Shown piece by piece: positions 10,054-23,444 of a stretch of 64,000 bases of DNA. The DNA comes from Xylographa opegraphella. Taxonomy: Eukaryota. A program made the translations under genes and the position numbers. A model generated the notes under the pieces. The model was not told the origin of the DNA. It ran no database searches and saw only the letters and a list, made by a program, of their open reading frames with translations. The stretch lies in contig JALDZX010000080.1 of the NCBI GenBank assembly GCA_022813865.1, positions 1 through 64,000 on the forward strand. The letters run 5' to 3'. Numbering within the stretch: the first letter of the stretch is position 1; the number at the start of each line of letters is the position of its first letter.

Positions 10054-13000
10054 ATGGGGAGCCAAGGAGTCGAGGGCAACTCCCTTTACTTCGCACGCGA
10101 GCCCATTGCGATAGTGGGCAGCAGCTGCCGTTTCCCCGGTGGCGCCACCTCTCCCTCCAAGCTTTGGGAGCTTCTGGAGAGACCTCGAGACGTTTTACAG
10201 GAAATTCCAGCCAGTCGTTTCAGCACTGAGGCGTTTCACCACTCAAACAGCCAGCACCATGGAGTAAGACCGCGTTCCCATATCTGACATTGGAACTTGA
10301 ACTCATGTGTTTAACTCGTTGGCAACAGAGCATGAACGTCAAGCACGCCTATCTTCTCGATGAGGACCCCCGCGCCTTTGATCGTGACTTCTTCTCCATT
10401 AACCCAAAGGAGGCTGAGGCTATGGATCCCCAGCAACGTTTGCTTCTCGAGACAGTGTATGAGAGCATTGAATCGACCGGCTACTCAATGCAACAGCTTC
10501 GGGGGTCGTCCACCGCTGTGTTCGTTGGATGCATGAGCTTCGATTACCAGTTCACTGCCATACGGGGCATTGACAGCCTGCCCCAGTACCACGCAACTGG
10601 GACTGCCGCGTCAATTTTGGCCAACCGCGTGTCGTACTTTTATGACTGGCGGGGCCCCTCGGTCGCTATCGATACAGCCTGTTCTTCGAGTCTAGTCGCC
10701 CTACACCAGGCAGTTTCTGCCCTTCGAAACGGAGAAGCCAAGATGGCAGTCGCGGCAGGCTCAAATCTTATCATTGGACCTGAGCCATTCATTAGCGAAT
10801 CCAAGGTTTGTTATACCACTGCCCGGTGCCGAGAAACTTTGGCACAATCTGACGATCAACACGCAAGCTCAACATGCTGTCACCCAATGGACGATCCTTC
10901 ATGTGGGACGCCGCTGCGGATGGATACACTAGGGGGGAGGGCTTTTGCGCCATCTTTCTTAAGACACTCAATCAAGCTATCGTTGACGGTGACCATATTG
11001 AATGCATTGTTCGCGGGACAGGCGTGAACTCGGATGGCAAGACGCCGGGTATATATATGCCAAGCCCCTCCTTAATTTTCCCTGCGGCGCGCTGAACACA
11101 ACCAATCTTAGGCATCACAATGCCGAGCTCCGAGTCGCAGGCACAACTTATCCGGGACACGTACGCCAGGTGCGGGCTCAACCCGGCTCGCGAATCCGAC
11201 CGCCCACAGTACTTCGAGGCCCATGGCACAGGCACGCCAGCGGGTGACCGTAAGTGGCATATTGCATTGTTTTCACCGCTTTCCTTGGGACTCATCCTGA
11301 CGGGTACTAGCTATTGAGGCCCGGGCCATTCAAAGCGTTTTCTTTCCCGACGAAAAGCATGGCCAGCTCATGGTTGGCAGCATCAAGACAGTCATCGGAC
11401 ACACCGAAGGCACTGCGGGAGTCGCCGGTGTACTCAAGGCGTCGCTGGCAGTCCAACACGGCCAGATTCCTGCGAACCTTCATTTCAACAAGCTTAACCC
11501 CAAAATCCAACCATATTACACGAACCTGCGTATTCCGACCGAGACGATGCCCTGGCCCGCCGTTCCGCAAGGATGCCCGCGCCGTGTTAGTGTTAACAGC
11601 TTCGGCTTTGGTGGCACCAATGCCCACGCTATCATTGAAAGCTGGAATGGCCCTAGCTCCCTCACGAACGGCCACGCGCCGAACGGCCACGCGCCCAATG
11701 CCCAGGCTGGACCTTTCCTCCTGTCTGCAAACTCGGGCCCGGCTTTGGCGGGAAGTGCGCGAGCGCTGGCCAGCTATCTTCGCGGAAGTCCTGATACGGA
11801 TCTCGGCCGACTTGCCTACACTCTGTTTCGGAGGACAGACTTCCCATTCAGAGCCGCCTTCTCTGCCACATCTGCGGAGCAACTTGCCGACAAGCTCGAA
11901 GCGGCTAAGGATTCTTTCAAGAGCAGCTCACGCACCGCAACCATTCCCGAGGTGCTACCACCCCGAATCCTGGGCGTCTTTACCGGCCAGGGTGCCCAGT
12001 GGGCTACAATGGGCAAGGAGCTCTATGGCGCTTCGAACCTGTTCCGTAGCTCTATAGACCAGATGCAGCGGAGTCTCGATTCACTTCCCGCGAAAGATCG
12101 CCCCGACTGGCTCTTAGTCGATCAACTTGACGCGCCGGCAGAGACTTCCCGCGTCGGCGAAGCGGCTGTTTCGCAGCCTCTCTGCACTGCTCTTCAAGTC
12201 GCTCTGGTCGATGTCCTGCGTGCCGCCGGTATCGAGTTCTCTGCTGTTGTCGGACACTCGTCTGGTGAAATTGGCGCCGCGTATGCTGCGGGATATCTCA
12301 ACGCCACCGATGCGATCCGGGTAGCATACTACAGAGGCGTTCACTCCCACCTAGCGCAAGGACCGGGAGGGAAGCGCGGAAAGATGATGGCGGTCGGTAT
12401 GTCCTTGAACCAAGCGACTGCTTTCTGCAGCGAGTTCGGCGGGGCGCTTGTCGTGGCTGCCAGCAACTCCCAAACGAGCAGCACGCTGGCAGGCAACGCC
12501 GAAGCTATTGAGGATGCCCACACTCGGCTGCAGGAGAAGGGTAGCTTTGCCCGCGTGCTGCAGGTTGACACGGCGTATCATTCTTGTCACATGAAGCCAT
12601 GCAGCACCCCGTATCTCGAGTCGATGAAGCAGTGCGGGGTCAAAGTTCAGAAGGGCCGCAGACAGTGTCGGTGGTACTCGAGTGTTTGGGGATCGAATGG
12701 CCGCATTCGGTCATTCGACCAGGCCGATGGCCAACTTCTCAAGGGCCAGTACTGGGTCGACAACATGACGCAGGCGGTGCTCTTCAGTCAGGCACTTGCG
12801 AGAGCGCTGAACGAAGACCAGTACTTTGACCTTGCTCTCGAAGTCGGACCGCACCCGGTTCTCAAAGGACCAAGCTCCGAGACTATTAAAATGTTGACGG
12901 GCCTCTCTCTTCCGTACTCGGGAGTTTTGAAACGTGGACAGAACGCGGTAGAGTCGTTTGCCGATGCGCTGGGGCTCCTGTGGACGTCTTTCCCGTCGCC

Positions 13001-16000
13001 ACGCCCCATGATCACCTTTGACGGACTACGCAGGGCGTTCCAGGGTGGCAAGTCGCAGAAGCTTGCTATACTGAAAGATCTCCCAGCTTACTCGTGGGAC
13101 CACCCTGGCCTCATCTGGAAGGAGTCGAGATCATCTCGTATCTTCCGTGCCCAGAGCCAACCACGCCACGAGCTTTTGGGTCATTCTGTTGCGTACGGCG
13201 ACCGTGACAAGCGCGAGGTGCACTGGAAGCAGCTCCTCAGGCTGAACGAGCTCCCATGGTTGGCCGGCCACAGAATTCAGGGCGAAGTCTTATTTCCGGC
13301 GTCTGGCTACCTGTCGATGACATATGAGGCCGCCACCCGCCTTGTCAACGATCAGCAGCCATTACGTCTCGTAGAATTGCACGATATCGATATTGTGCGT
13401 GCTATACGGCTCGAAGAAGATTCCTCGGGTCTTGAAGTTGTCTTCACTATTCGCGTTACGAGCCAATCTGATGACTGCATTGCCGCCGAGGTTGCCTGCT
13501 ACAGCGGTGCTGTCGACTCGGCTCAGCCTTTGGACACCCCTCAAGCCGGACTCACAGCCCACTTTACCGGAGGTGTGCGGCTCTGGCTAGGCCAGCCCCA
13601 CAACGACGCTTTGCCTCCGTGGACCAAGCCTCTGCTTCCCATGAACACTTTAGACATGCAGCAACTCTACTCAAGTCTGTCTAAGGAAGGCTTCAACTAC
13701 GCCGAACATTTCCAGGCCAAGTCAATGCTCCGGCGGCTCAACCGTGCCGTGGTGACCGTGTCCTCACCTCCTGAACCCTCTTCGATACGCGCCTGCATGC
13801 ATCCTGCACCCGTTGATACTGCCTTCCAAGGTTTGTTGGCTGGCTTCTCATTCCCGGAAGATGGTCGCGTCGGGAGCATCTACCTACCGACGCGGGTGGA
13901 GTGTGTCAGGATCAGCATGATGCCCTCGGAGTCGCATACCTCTGTCCTCACCGCCGATGCGACCGTGACCTCGACGGCTAGAACCACCTTCACAGGCGAT
14001 GTGGACCTGTTCGACGCGGCGGATGCGCACATGAAAGTGCAGATACGTGGAGTCCACCTCACCGCCGTTGGGCAACGCCGGGACCCCTGGCTCTACGCAG
14101 GCACAACGTGGGCAAGGGATGCCGACTATGGGATTGAGCCAGGTCTCGGGGCCAATCTTTCGGAAGCAGACCGGGTGTTATACGAGCAACTCTCACGCAC
14201 GGCTTACTTTTACTTACGCCAGCTTCGCAAGAAGATCCTGCCTCAGGAATTAATGCTGATGGGTAAGTATCGAAAACACATGATGACTTGGGTTATTGAG
14301 CATCTGTTCCCCCAGATCGAGGGTGGGAAGCACCCGGAAGTTCAGCCCGAGTGGAAAAATGACACGCTCGAGATGGTGCAGCAATGGCGGGCCAGCCAAC
14401 CATCGGACAACAATGATATGAACATCCTCCACGCCATGGGGAAAAATCTGGTCGGAATTGTCCGTGGGACCACTCCTCCCCTCAGAGTGCTTACGCAGGA
14501 TGGCATGCTCGACCGTCTGTATGTGGAAGGACTCGGTGCCCAGGATGGCAACGTTGATCTCGGCGCCATAGTAAAACAGCTTGCGCATCAGCATCCGCGC
14601 ATGCGGATCGTCGAAGTGGGAGCTGGCACAGGCGGTACTACACGGGCAGTTCTAGATGCACTAGGAAATCAGTTTACGTCCTACACATACACAGATATAT
14701 CTACAGGCTTCTTTGAAAACGCCCGTACCGTGTTCAGTCAGCATAGCGGCAAACTCGCTTTTAAAACGCTTAATATCGAAAACAATCCCGTGGACCAGGG
14801 GTTCGCTGAAGGAACGTTCGATATAGTTATTTCCTCGAACTGTTTACACGCGACGCGAAGTCTAGGGGAGACTTTGCGTCACTGCCGACAGCTCCTCCGC
14901 CCCGGTGGCCGTTTGGTATTGCTGGAGATTACTCGAGACTTTCTGCCTACGCAGCTGATTATGTCAACGCTCCCCGGATGGTTTCTAGGCATAGAGGACG
15001 GGCGAGTCTGGGCACCCACTGTCAGCGTCGAGCGATGGGACGAGCTGCTGAAGGCCAACGGGTTCTCAGGGGTTGACGTAAGCTCGACACCTTCCTTCTG
15101 TTCCGTTATTGTGGCGCAGGCAGTTGACGAGAAGGTACAACTCCTTCGTGACCCGCTTGCTGTCTCTCCAGCGGCGCTTCCGCCACTGGGCGACATCCTC
15201 ATCATAGGTGGTTGTGTCAGTTCCAAACTCGCATTCCACACTCAGGCAATCTTACAGGCTGCTGCTCCCTTCAAGACTGTCATCGTACTGCCTGGACTCG
15301 AAGGCATCCAGGGGCCCAAGGGAGTAGCTGTGCTCTGCCTTGGCGATCTGGAGAGCCCCGCGTTCCGCAATATGAATCAGACGAGATTCAGAGGATTGCA
15401 GGACGTTATGGAGACTGCAGAAGTGGTTTTATGGGTAACCTCGGGTGCGAAGTCAGGCAAGGATCCTGACGCCAATATTACTCTGGGACTATCGAGCACG
15501 TTGCGGGCTGAGCGCATGGACCTCAGACTTCAATTCCTCGACGTCGACGACCCGTCATCTGTTGACCCGTCCATGCTGGCAAAGATGCTTCTCCGTCTCG
15601 TCTTCCACGACCCATCCAAGACTGACGAACTGCTATGGACCCAGGAGCCCGAGCTTGTGCTGAAGAAGGGCGCCCTCTACATACCCAGAGTGCTATCTCT
15701 CGACACCGTTAACCGTCGGTCCGCCGCGAGGCTCCGGCAAGTCACGCAGGTGGCCAGCCTTGAATCTAAAGACACGGCCGTGGTGCTCGACGAGCGCCAG
15801 GGAGCATTCGAGCTGCAAGTTGTTCCATTTAGCGGTGCCAGAGAAGTCGAGATGCGCCTGCAGGTCACGGCTTCCTCGCTTCATACCCTGACCTGCGACG
15901 GGCACGGGCCAGTATATGTCTGCTTCGGTCGCGACCTGGCATCGGGAGACAAGGTCCTCGCTCTTTCGGGTGGAAACAGCTCTCTGGTTCAGGTTGCCGA

Positions 16001-17762
16001 GGATCACGTCTTGTATCGCTGGCAGCACGACAAGACGGCCGCCGAAGACACTGCACAGCTGCACCTCTTCCTGGTACGGTCACTCGTGGAACACCTGCTC
16101 CACGGCTCGAATGGGCCTACGTGGATTCACGGCGCACCGAGTGAACTCAGCGAGGCTATTGACGTAATTGCCCGCGAGCAGGGCGTCACCGTGTTCCAAA
16201 CCACATCGGATATGGCGAGGACTTCGGACGTCAAATTCATCCATCCCTACGCGAGCGAGGGAGATCTGCAAGAAATGTGTTCTCAGGGCCTGCAAAGCTT
16301 TGTCAACCTAGCGCGCCCGCAACACGGAACATTATCTGCGTTAATTCGTGCTTATTTGCCTGCCTCGGCCATCGTAAACAAGGAGGTCGAGGACCTGAGC
16401 GTCGGTTTGAGCCTCTCCGAACTCCGCAGCCTGGCCAAGCAACATCTTCACAGCGGCCGGCAGGTTCCCGCAGAGCATGTTGAGGTTATGGCCATTGACA
16501 AAGTTTCGACAGTGACAAGTAAGGAGTTGAGGCTCACAGCCGTGGTTGATTGGAGTACTGCCAATACACTTAGCGCCCTGGTCCTCCCTCTCGAGCACCG
16601 CGGGCTATTTGCTTCCGACAAGACATATCTCCTTTGCGGCATGACAGGAGACTTGGGTATCTCGGTGTGCCTGTGGATGGTGGACCACGGAGCTCGAAAC
16701 GTGGTCTTGACCAGCCGGAACCCCAACGTGTCTCCCAGTGCGCTTGACTACCTGTCGCGCAAGGGAGCCACCGTGCGACCTATAGCCGTCGACATTGCGA
16801 ACATTGACTCCCTCCGCACCACCTATGCCGACATTAAGTCTAGCATGCCGCCTATCGGAGGCGTGATGAACGCCGCCATGGTGCTTCGGGACCGTCTTTT
16901 TCTTCATTTGTCCTGGGAGGACTTTGCCGCCGTGTTGGCGCCTAAGATGTTAGGGTCCAAGAACCTTGACGAGATCTTTGGCGATGAACAGTTGGAGTTC
17001 TTTATCTGCTTCTCGTCCACGACTTCCATTGTCGGAAGCATTGGCCAGTCTGCCTACGCTGCCGCGAACTACTACATGGCGAGTCTTGTCCAGCAGCGAC
17101 TTCAGCGTGGCCTGGCTGGCTCTGTTATTCACATTGCCATTCTCACGGGCTTTGGATACATTTTCAGGCGGGATGCCGAGCATGCCGAGACCATTCACAA
17201 GGCTATCCTTCCGCGATTTGACAGGCAGTCAGAGACGGACCTGCACGAGATGCTAGCGGAGGCCATAGTTTGCGGACGCCCTGGCTCGGACCAGACCGCT
17301 GAGCTCATTACCGGCATCAGGACAGTCTTTCAGGGCGAGTGGCGCGACGACCCTCGGCTATCCTGCTACAGCGGCCAGCAACAGCTACAAGACGATTCCA
17401 GCCAAAAGCCAGCCGCTGGGTGCGTCAGCGTCGAGGCTCAGCTCGCCGCGGCCAAGGACCCGGCCGAGTGCTTGGTCATACTGGAAAAATGCTTCGCGCT
17501 GGCCCTGGGCAACTTGCTCGAGATCGACCCTGAGCAGCTGAACGGCAACATGCCAGTGGCCAGCCTAGGCATCGACTCCCTCGTGGCCATCCGGATCCGG
17601 GAGTGGTTCCTCAAAGAGATGGGCGTCGATATGCCGGTCCTGAAGGTCATGTCGGACAGCTACTCGATGTCGCGCATGTGTGACGATGTGCTTGTGGACT
17701 GGCGGAGGCTAAACAAGTCAGATGCAAAGGAGAAGGAAAACGCTCGCGCAGCCGAAAAATAA
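10054..17762 (+). CDS. Highly reducing iterative type I PKS: KS-AT-DH-cMT-(inactive ER)-KR-ACP
   Basis: [63 protein letters not shown]. c[42 protein letters not shown] region lacks the NADPH motif (reads WIHGAPSEL). Four short 5' introns, then one long exon. Confidence 0.97.
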
Positions 17763-18240
17763 GTTCTGCTTGGATTATCGGGGAAAGCTTATTAAGCCTG
17801 AAGTAGTTTCACTACATTTTATGCATGTTTACTTACTTTTATAGTACTTGGTGAACCTTATCCCGGCTCTGAAGGGTTGAGAGTTTCAAGGATAAATAGT
17901 CGAAGGTGATGAACGCGGCTTTTGTTCACCTTTACCAGTGTGCCATGATATACGTGCTGCGTTATACAACCTTCAAGAATGGGTGAGGTCGGAACGAAAT
18001 ACTATAGAGTTGAGCAATTGATATTTAAACTATATAGTGAAATGCACTGGCGACGCGAATCGAGGCTAGAATAGCCCATCATTATCCCCAGTCAATTCAG
18101 CAGTCTTCAGGGGGGGATTTGTAAAAGTTTAAATAAACGTACGTAGAACCGTGATTTCTGATATTGCAGTTTTGAATTTTGGGTTTTGTTTTTAAAAACC
18201 CTTATCGCCCGCCGTACGTGTAAGAATACATTTAACGAGA

Positions 18241-18267
18241 GCGCCGACGCAGGCGCGGAGCGGCTAG
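18241..18267 (+). mobile_element. Possible Helitron-like 3' terminus (hairpin plus CTAG)
   Basis: GCGCC-gacgca-GGCGC hairpin, 7 nt, then CTAG (18264-18267) at the end of an AT-rich tract. The stem is only 5 bp and the next base is C rather than the usual T. Confidence 0.3.
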
Positions 18268-19035
18268 CTTCTTTTGGGCTGTATTTATACGCCCCCCTAC
18301 CCTCAACTTAAAATCATTCACAGTAGAAATTCACGATCACTCTACTGTATTTTTAGTCAATATATAACATTACACGAGAAAAGAATGGTTGGGCAGCAGC
18401 GCTGCTTAGCAAACACAACCGCATGTCGCAGATGGCGCGTCGTAGCATTTTGAGTGTGGCCGTCAATTGTAGCAACCTCTTCGATCTCAACACCCTTCCG
18501 AAAATTATATATACGTGCATGATGGCGGAGAGTAAATATCATAGAGCAGAGCTCGTAGATATAGATGTATGGGAACACAGCATCCACCTCGTCGAAACAA
18601 ATACAATGGTGATCAGCACATTTCAACGAGTGGGAAGGAACCGTCTCCCAGATCATATCTTTGGATTCTTCCAACGGCTGGCTGATCGGCCTATCGGCCA
18701 CCATCCAGGCCTCCACTTCTCACACCATATCTGCCATCTTGACAAGTGTACTACTTCCTGCACTGGGCTTGCAGCTCTCCGTCTAAAAGCAGTGCATTCC
18801 GTCTCCCAAGTCCATTCGGGTAGCGTCGAGTCCCCTTATAGCTTTCATGTATTGCTCCTACTGGAAAGCCGGAGCAGGCGAGTGAGGAGGCCAGGGGAGC
18901 GGCGCAAAGCGGCAAACAGCTGGGGATTCGGGTGTGCACTGTGGCTGGAAGGCAACAGCCGGGGGACGTGAGTTGTGTCAGATACCTAATGTGGAACTAT
19001 CAGCGAAGGTTTCGATGATTTCGAGGAGCCGTTAT

Positions 19036-19095
19036 TTGTTGGGTTTACCTCCGTGGTAGAAAGCGTTGTTGGGTTTACCTCCGTGGTAGAAAGCG
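19036..19095. repeat. Exact 30-bp tandem duplication
   Basis: TTGTTGGGTTTACCTCCGTGGTAGAAAGCG x2. The minus strand reads TLSTTEVNPT-TLSTTEVNPT. Confidence 0.95.
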
Positions 19096-22000
19096 TCAGC
19101 GGCTTTGCATCAGTAGAATCGCAGAGTTGAGCGGCTTAGGGTTGAGGTCGGAAAATGGACTTCCACCAGTTGGAGCCGACAGGCATAGATACTTGGACGA
19201 CACGAGAGTACCGCCACTCTCACGCAGCTGATGGGGAGATTTGATCAGAGACGGCGCATAAGTCCGTACTCACAGCAAGTACGGGAAGGCAACGAAGAGT
19301 GCGAGTGCATGAAAATCAGGTAATAAGAAGCAGGTTTAGTTTCGCAGATGTCAATATCTCCCTTGCTGCTAACATTCATACCCATGAAACATGAGGATAC
19401 AAAATTGGAGGGTGAACAGCTAGGATCTAATACTATCGAGTGCCACAAACTTGAATGCGAAGTAACCCGCCTCATCTTCTCACCGCTCCGCTAATGGCAT
19501 CACATGCTTTGCGTCACGCCGCATATTACAGGATGAACGGTGGAGAACGATAGTTCGTGGGAACTCTCGTGGTCTCGTGGTGGCTGCCAGGATGGTGTGG
19601 AGGACATGTGGATGACTGCAGATCCGCGGGTTGAATATGCGACTTCATTTCGAATCACACCCATGCCGTGATGGTGCTTGATGATGCGGTGTGGCCCAGG
19701 TGCATTGCTGGATAATTTCAAGGGGGTTAGCTTGTGCTACCACACCTACGCCCGGCTTAGGACGTGATCTGTGTACCCTTTCGCATTGGCATACTCGACC
19801 GCGAAAGGTGGAAATTAAATTCCCCAGATTTAGTCTCTTGAGTATTGTTTAACTCTACAACCGATCAGACGTACCTATATGCCGACACTGGGTTAGAGAA
19901 ACGGGACGATACTTTCCATCGATGGTCTGTTATGCCTCGGTAGAAGCCCGGAGCTCCTCTGTTGCAACACGTGTTTACCTGTGTGGCTTTGCTATACATG
20001 TCCTGGTATACATCTCAACATCATCCTGCTTCATTTGACGGGCTTAATTATCCCGATTCTGGCCACGGTGCGGCTTTCAAAGATTTTAAAAAGACAGACG
20101 AGACCTTGGAAATATCAGGCATAGGGTAAGAGACAAAAGAACGGTCATCGAATTCTGCTGACTTATAGAAAATGCATTTTCTTTCCGAAACTTATGTTCA
20201 AGCAGCTTATTGGTGCATAGTACGCCATGCATGGTTGCAGCTATCCTTTGCGCGGTATATTGGCTTGAGAGACACTCTGGAGTTCACAAGGCATTCTTGA
20301 AGCGGATAAACTTGGTGACCTTGTCTGAGATGCTCATGAACTTCGAAGCAGTAAGCCAGCAGGAGCCAAGAACTTATGAGACACCAAACACTATCACTGC
20401 TGGCGGAAGACCCTAACGGAATACTTGACCAGCTTCGACCTCTCGATGCGCAGAAGTCAACAAACATGCTAGGCTTGTAAAACGGGAGGTCCACGGAATT
20501 CACGATAAGGCGGAAGCCAAAAACTGGTGAGCCGGGCATATCGTCTATCAGTTCATGCCATTGCGACCGCCAGAAGCATATCCAATGTCTTTCTGGTCCT
20601 GGGACAAGTAACGTTGCTAGCGTTGTGCCAACGCTTTCATGGAGGTCCTGTTAGATCTTGCTTCGCCGTTGTGTGGAAGTGAGTCAAGCAAGTCCAGATT
20701 ATTTTTGTGTTATGCTTATTAAGTTTTACACATCCAGCGAAGCATATTTCATGTATCGATCCGGGCGCATGCGCGACTTTAGGGTGATTTCTTCCGAGCC
20801 GTTTACCATGAGTGATTTCACTTCATCACTACAGAAGAAGCAAGACTGACCAGATCATGTCGATGAGCTGTGTGTGGCTTGAATTGAGCTTTCCGTGAGC
20901 ACTTTGGCAAACGTGATTGAGGTCTACCCATATTGCTCATTGTAAGATGCGCATTTGTTTCTTCTTCGTCCAGTACTGTCGTCGTCGATGTCTTCCACCA
21001 GCAGGAGTACTTCCAAAGCCATGCGCGGGCTAATACATTACCAGCGCTTTCTTAGAATTGTGACGGATGAGTTGAGGTCGTCGCGATACCACCTCGAAAT
21101 CAGGAGGAATCAGGATTGATAGGCAGGAATTATCGACACGGCTTGCATCTGGCGCGGGGAAATCACAAGAAAGCCTTGCGACAACAACTGGTACACCATC
21201 AGGACTCTCTCAGACTGCGTCTATGGTTTATAGTATTAGGAAAGGTGCTTGGTTCCTTCAGGAATGCCCCGGTCTCAATTAGCATGGTGCTTTATCGCAG
21301 TTGTCAATGAGTACTTTTGGACCCCACACTATCCTATTGCGGAGATAGCGGCGACGCATGCGCACGAAGTGTCAGAAATTAAAATCAAGAGGGAGCCAGT
21401 ACCAGTACTCCGTGGCTTCCCGTCCATCGTTCATACCCACAGCAAATGAGGGCGCTGGGATCGTGTCACAGTGAGAATATGCTGAGATATTTGCCACAAG
21501 CAAGACGTCTCTCCATGGTCGCGAAAAGTCGGAATTAAGTTTGGGCCTTCCGGGTCCGCTAAACACACGTCATCCCGCTGATGTTTGGCCGAGATGAGCC
21601 GGGATCTAAGGGTTAGGGCTTCTTACAAACATCGCACCGTGTTTCGATTGCTCCTGAGAGTTCACACACCTTGCAATTAGATGTCACCTGTGATGGCGTA
21701 GCACGGCTATGCAAGAGCGTTCTCGGCGAGGCCGTGAGTCGTACTTATCTTCTCAAAGGGTGATGTTGGCGCGCTTGAGGCTCGTAGTGCGTGTTGTCGA
21801 TCTGCAGCATAGCAATCGAGGCCCGTGGTAAAAGCGTCGGGATCATGTAGATGTTCGGCTCACGTGAAGGCAACGTATAGATAGCTGCACTGTTCACCTC
21901 GAATTCGGTGTTCTCCGACTTCCGACTGGGGAAGAGAAAACCGTTGGTCGATGATGTGTATATGCAGTGTGATGAAATGTGACGATCGCCCGTTTGTAGC

Positions 22001-23444
22001 TTCGTCCAAGATTTCCAAACTCGGAATCACCGTCTCAACCACAGGCTACAGGGCATTCAGCCACACTCGACAGAAGGCGAAACTCGCGGAGGCAGTCGAA
22101 ACGACATGATTGGATTGTGGGAAGCCACTCACCACCGTAGGGTGTAGCGTCCCTGACCACTCCCTCGGGTTACTCGATGGGTCACATGAGATGATCGCTT
22201 TGCATGCAGGAGATGAGGCCTCCGGGATGCGACCACATGGGATCCGGGCACGAGCGATAGGATCGCATCTACGGCCGCAAGTCGGTCTGCTGTCTTTCCA
22301 TCGCACTGGAAATTCCAAGATGTATGTTTCTAGAATCTCATATTCCCGCCCGTGCAGGAGCTAAACCGTATTGAAGCGTGTCCGTCGACCCACTCATGGC
22401 TTCCTGCATCCTTCCATTTGAAGAGACAAAGCTTAAATTGTTCTCCGAGCAGCTAGTAAATGCAGGCCAGCTGGCACTTTATCCCAGTAACAGACAAGGA
22501 GGTGCACAGGACCCAATAGCAGGCTCAATCGCAACGGCACACACATTCTCGAGCTCGGTTGCTCTGCCCTCTCGATTCCAAAACATCTCTGCAGTTACGG
22601 TGGCAATCGCCAAATGCGCTCCGGGCTCTCCAGTCAGGTTGCATACTTGCTTCGAGAGATTGACTGATATGGTCCTTGTAACTTCTGTCCTTAATAGAAG
22701 AATCTAGTTCATTGGACGAGCTGCAATGAACCCACAAGCCCAATGTAACGCTGCATCTGCCTACTGAACTCGTGTTCGTTACCGCTAGGGGCCTATATTG
22801 TGCCGATAGCCTCATTTCTGACAGACCCACCAACCTTCTCCTCGATAACACTAGTATGCTAGTGCCTTCCTTCCGTTACTGACAGCCGTTGATCTTTTAG
22901 ACATAGCCCTTGGAACCTTCGCAGACTTCTTGTAGGCTCAAGGAGCAATTGTAGCGCTAGTCCAGGGTTATGGTTGCCTTCATTTGCGATCCAGCCGTGG
23001 GCTTCACAACTTGATGTTGCTCTCCTTACGACTGCCACAACCCGAAACACGAGGGATTTAATCGTCCGCAATCTCGTCACCCTAGAACTCGAAGCTGTGG
23101 AGGTACACGTATAAGATGGCTTCTCTCCACGCGTTCATTCACCTTGAATGTGCTTCCTACAGCAAAACCCTCGACACCACCTTCTTTCCGGCATCACGCC
23201 TCTCCCCTGCGAGCGATCTCAATCGGAAGGATATCAGTCAGAGAGATTGTGCGATTCTTCGTAACTCATGATGCCGTAAGTACTACCAGCCTGATCTCAC
23301 ACTTCTGAAGGACTTTTCCACAAGCCTGCATACAAACCAGCTTTCAACAATATATCTTTTCTGTAATACGACAACCATTCTCACCAGTTGTCATCCCCAC
23401 TACCCATAATGACAGTCTGGGTTCTTGACTGACTGGCTTGACAA

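Noticed and set aside
11307..12057. Alternative-frame and antisense ORFs inside the PKS
   Set aside because: They overlap the motif-bearing PKS frame and show no independent protein features.
21607..21618. TAAGGGTTAGGG telomere-like words (similar short hits near 19136 and 19724)
   Set aside because: At most two units, which is expected by chance.
17763..23400. Starship captain, transposase or reverse transcriptase next to the cluster
   Set aside because: No tyrosine recombinase, DDE, RT or Rep/helicase motif was recognisable in the frames I could read.
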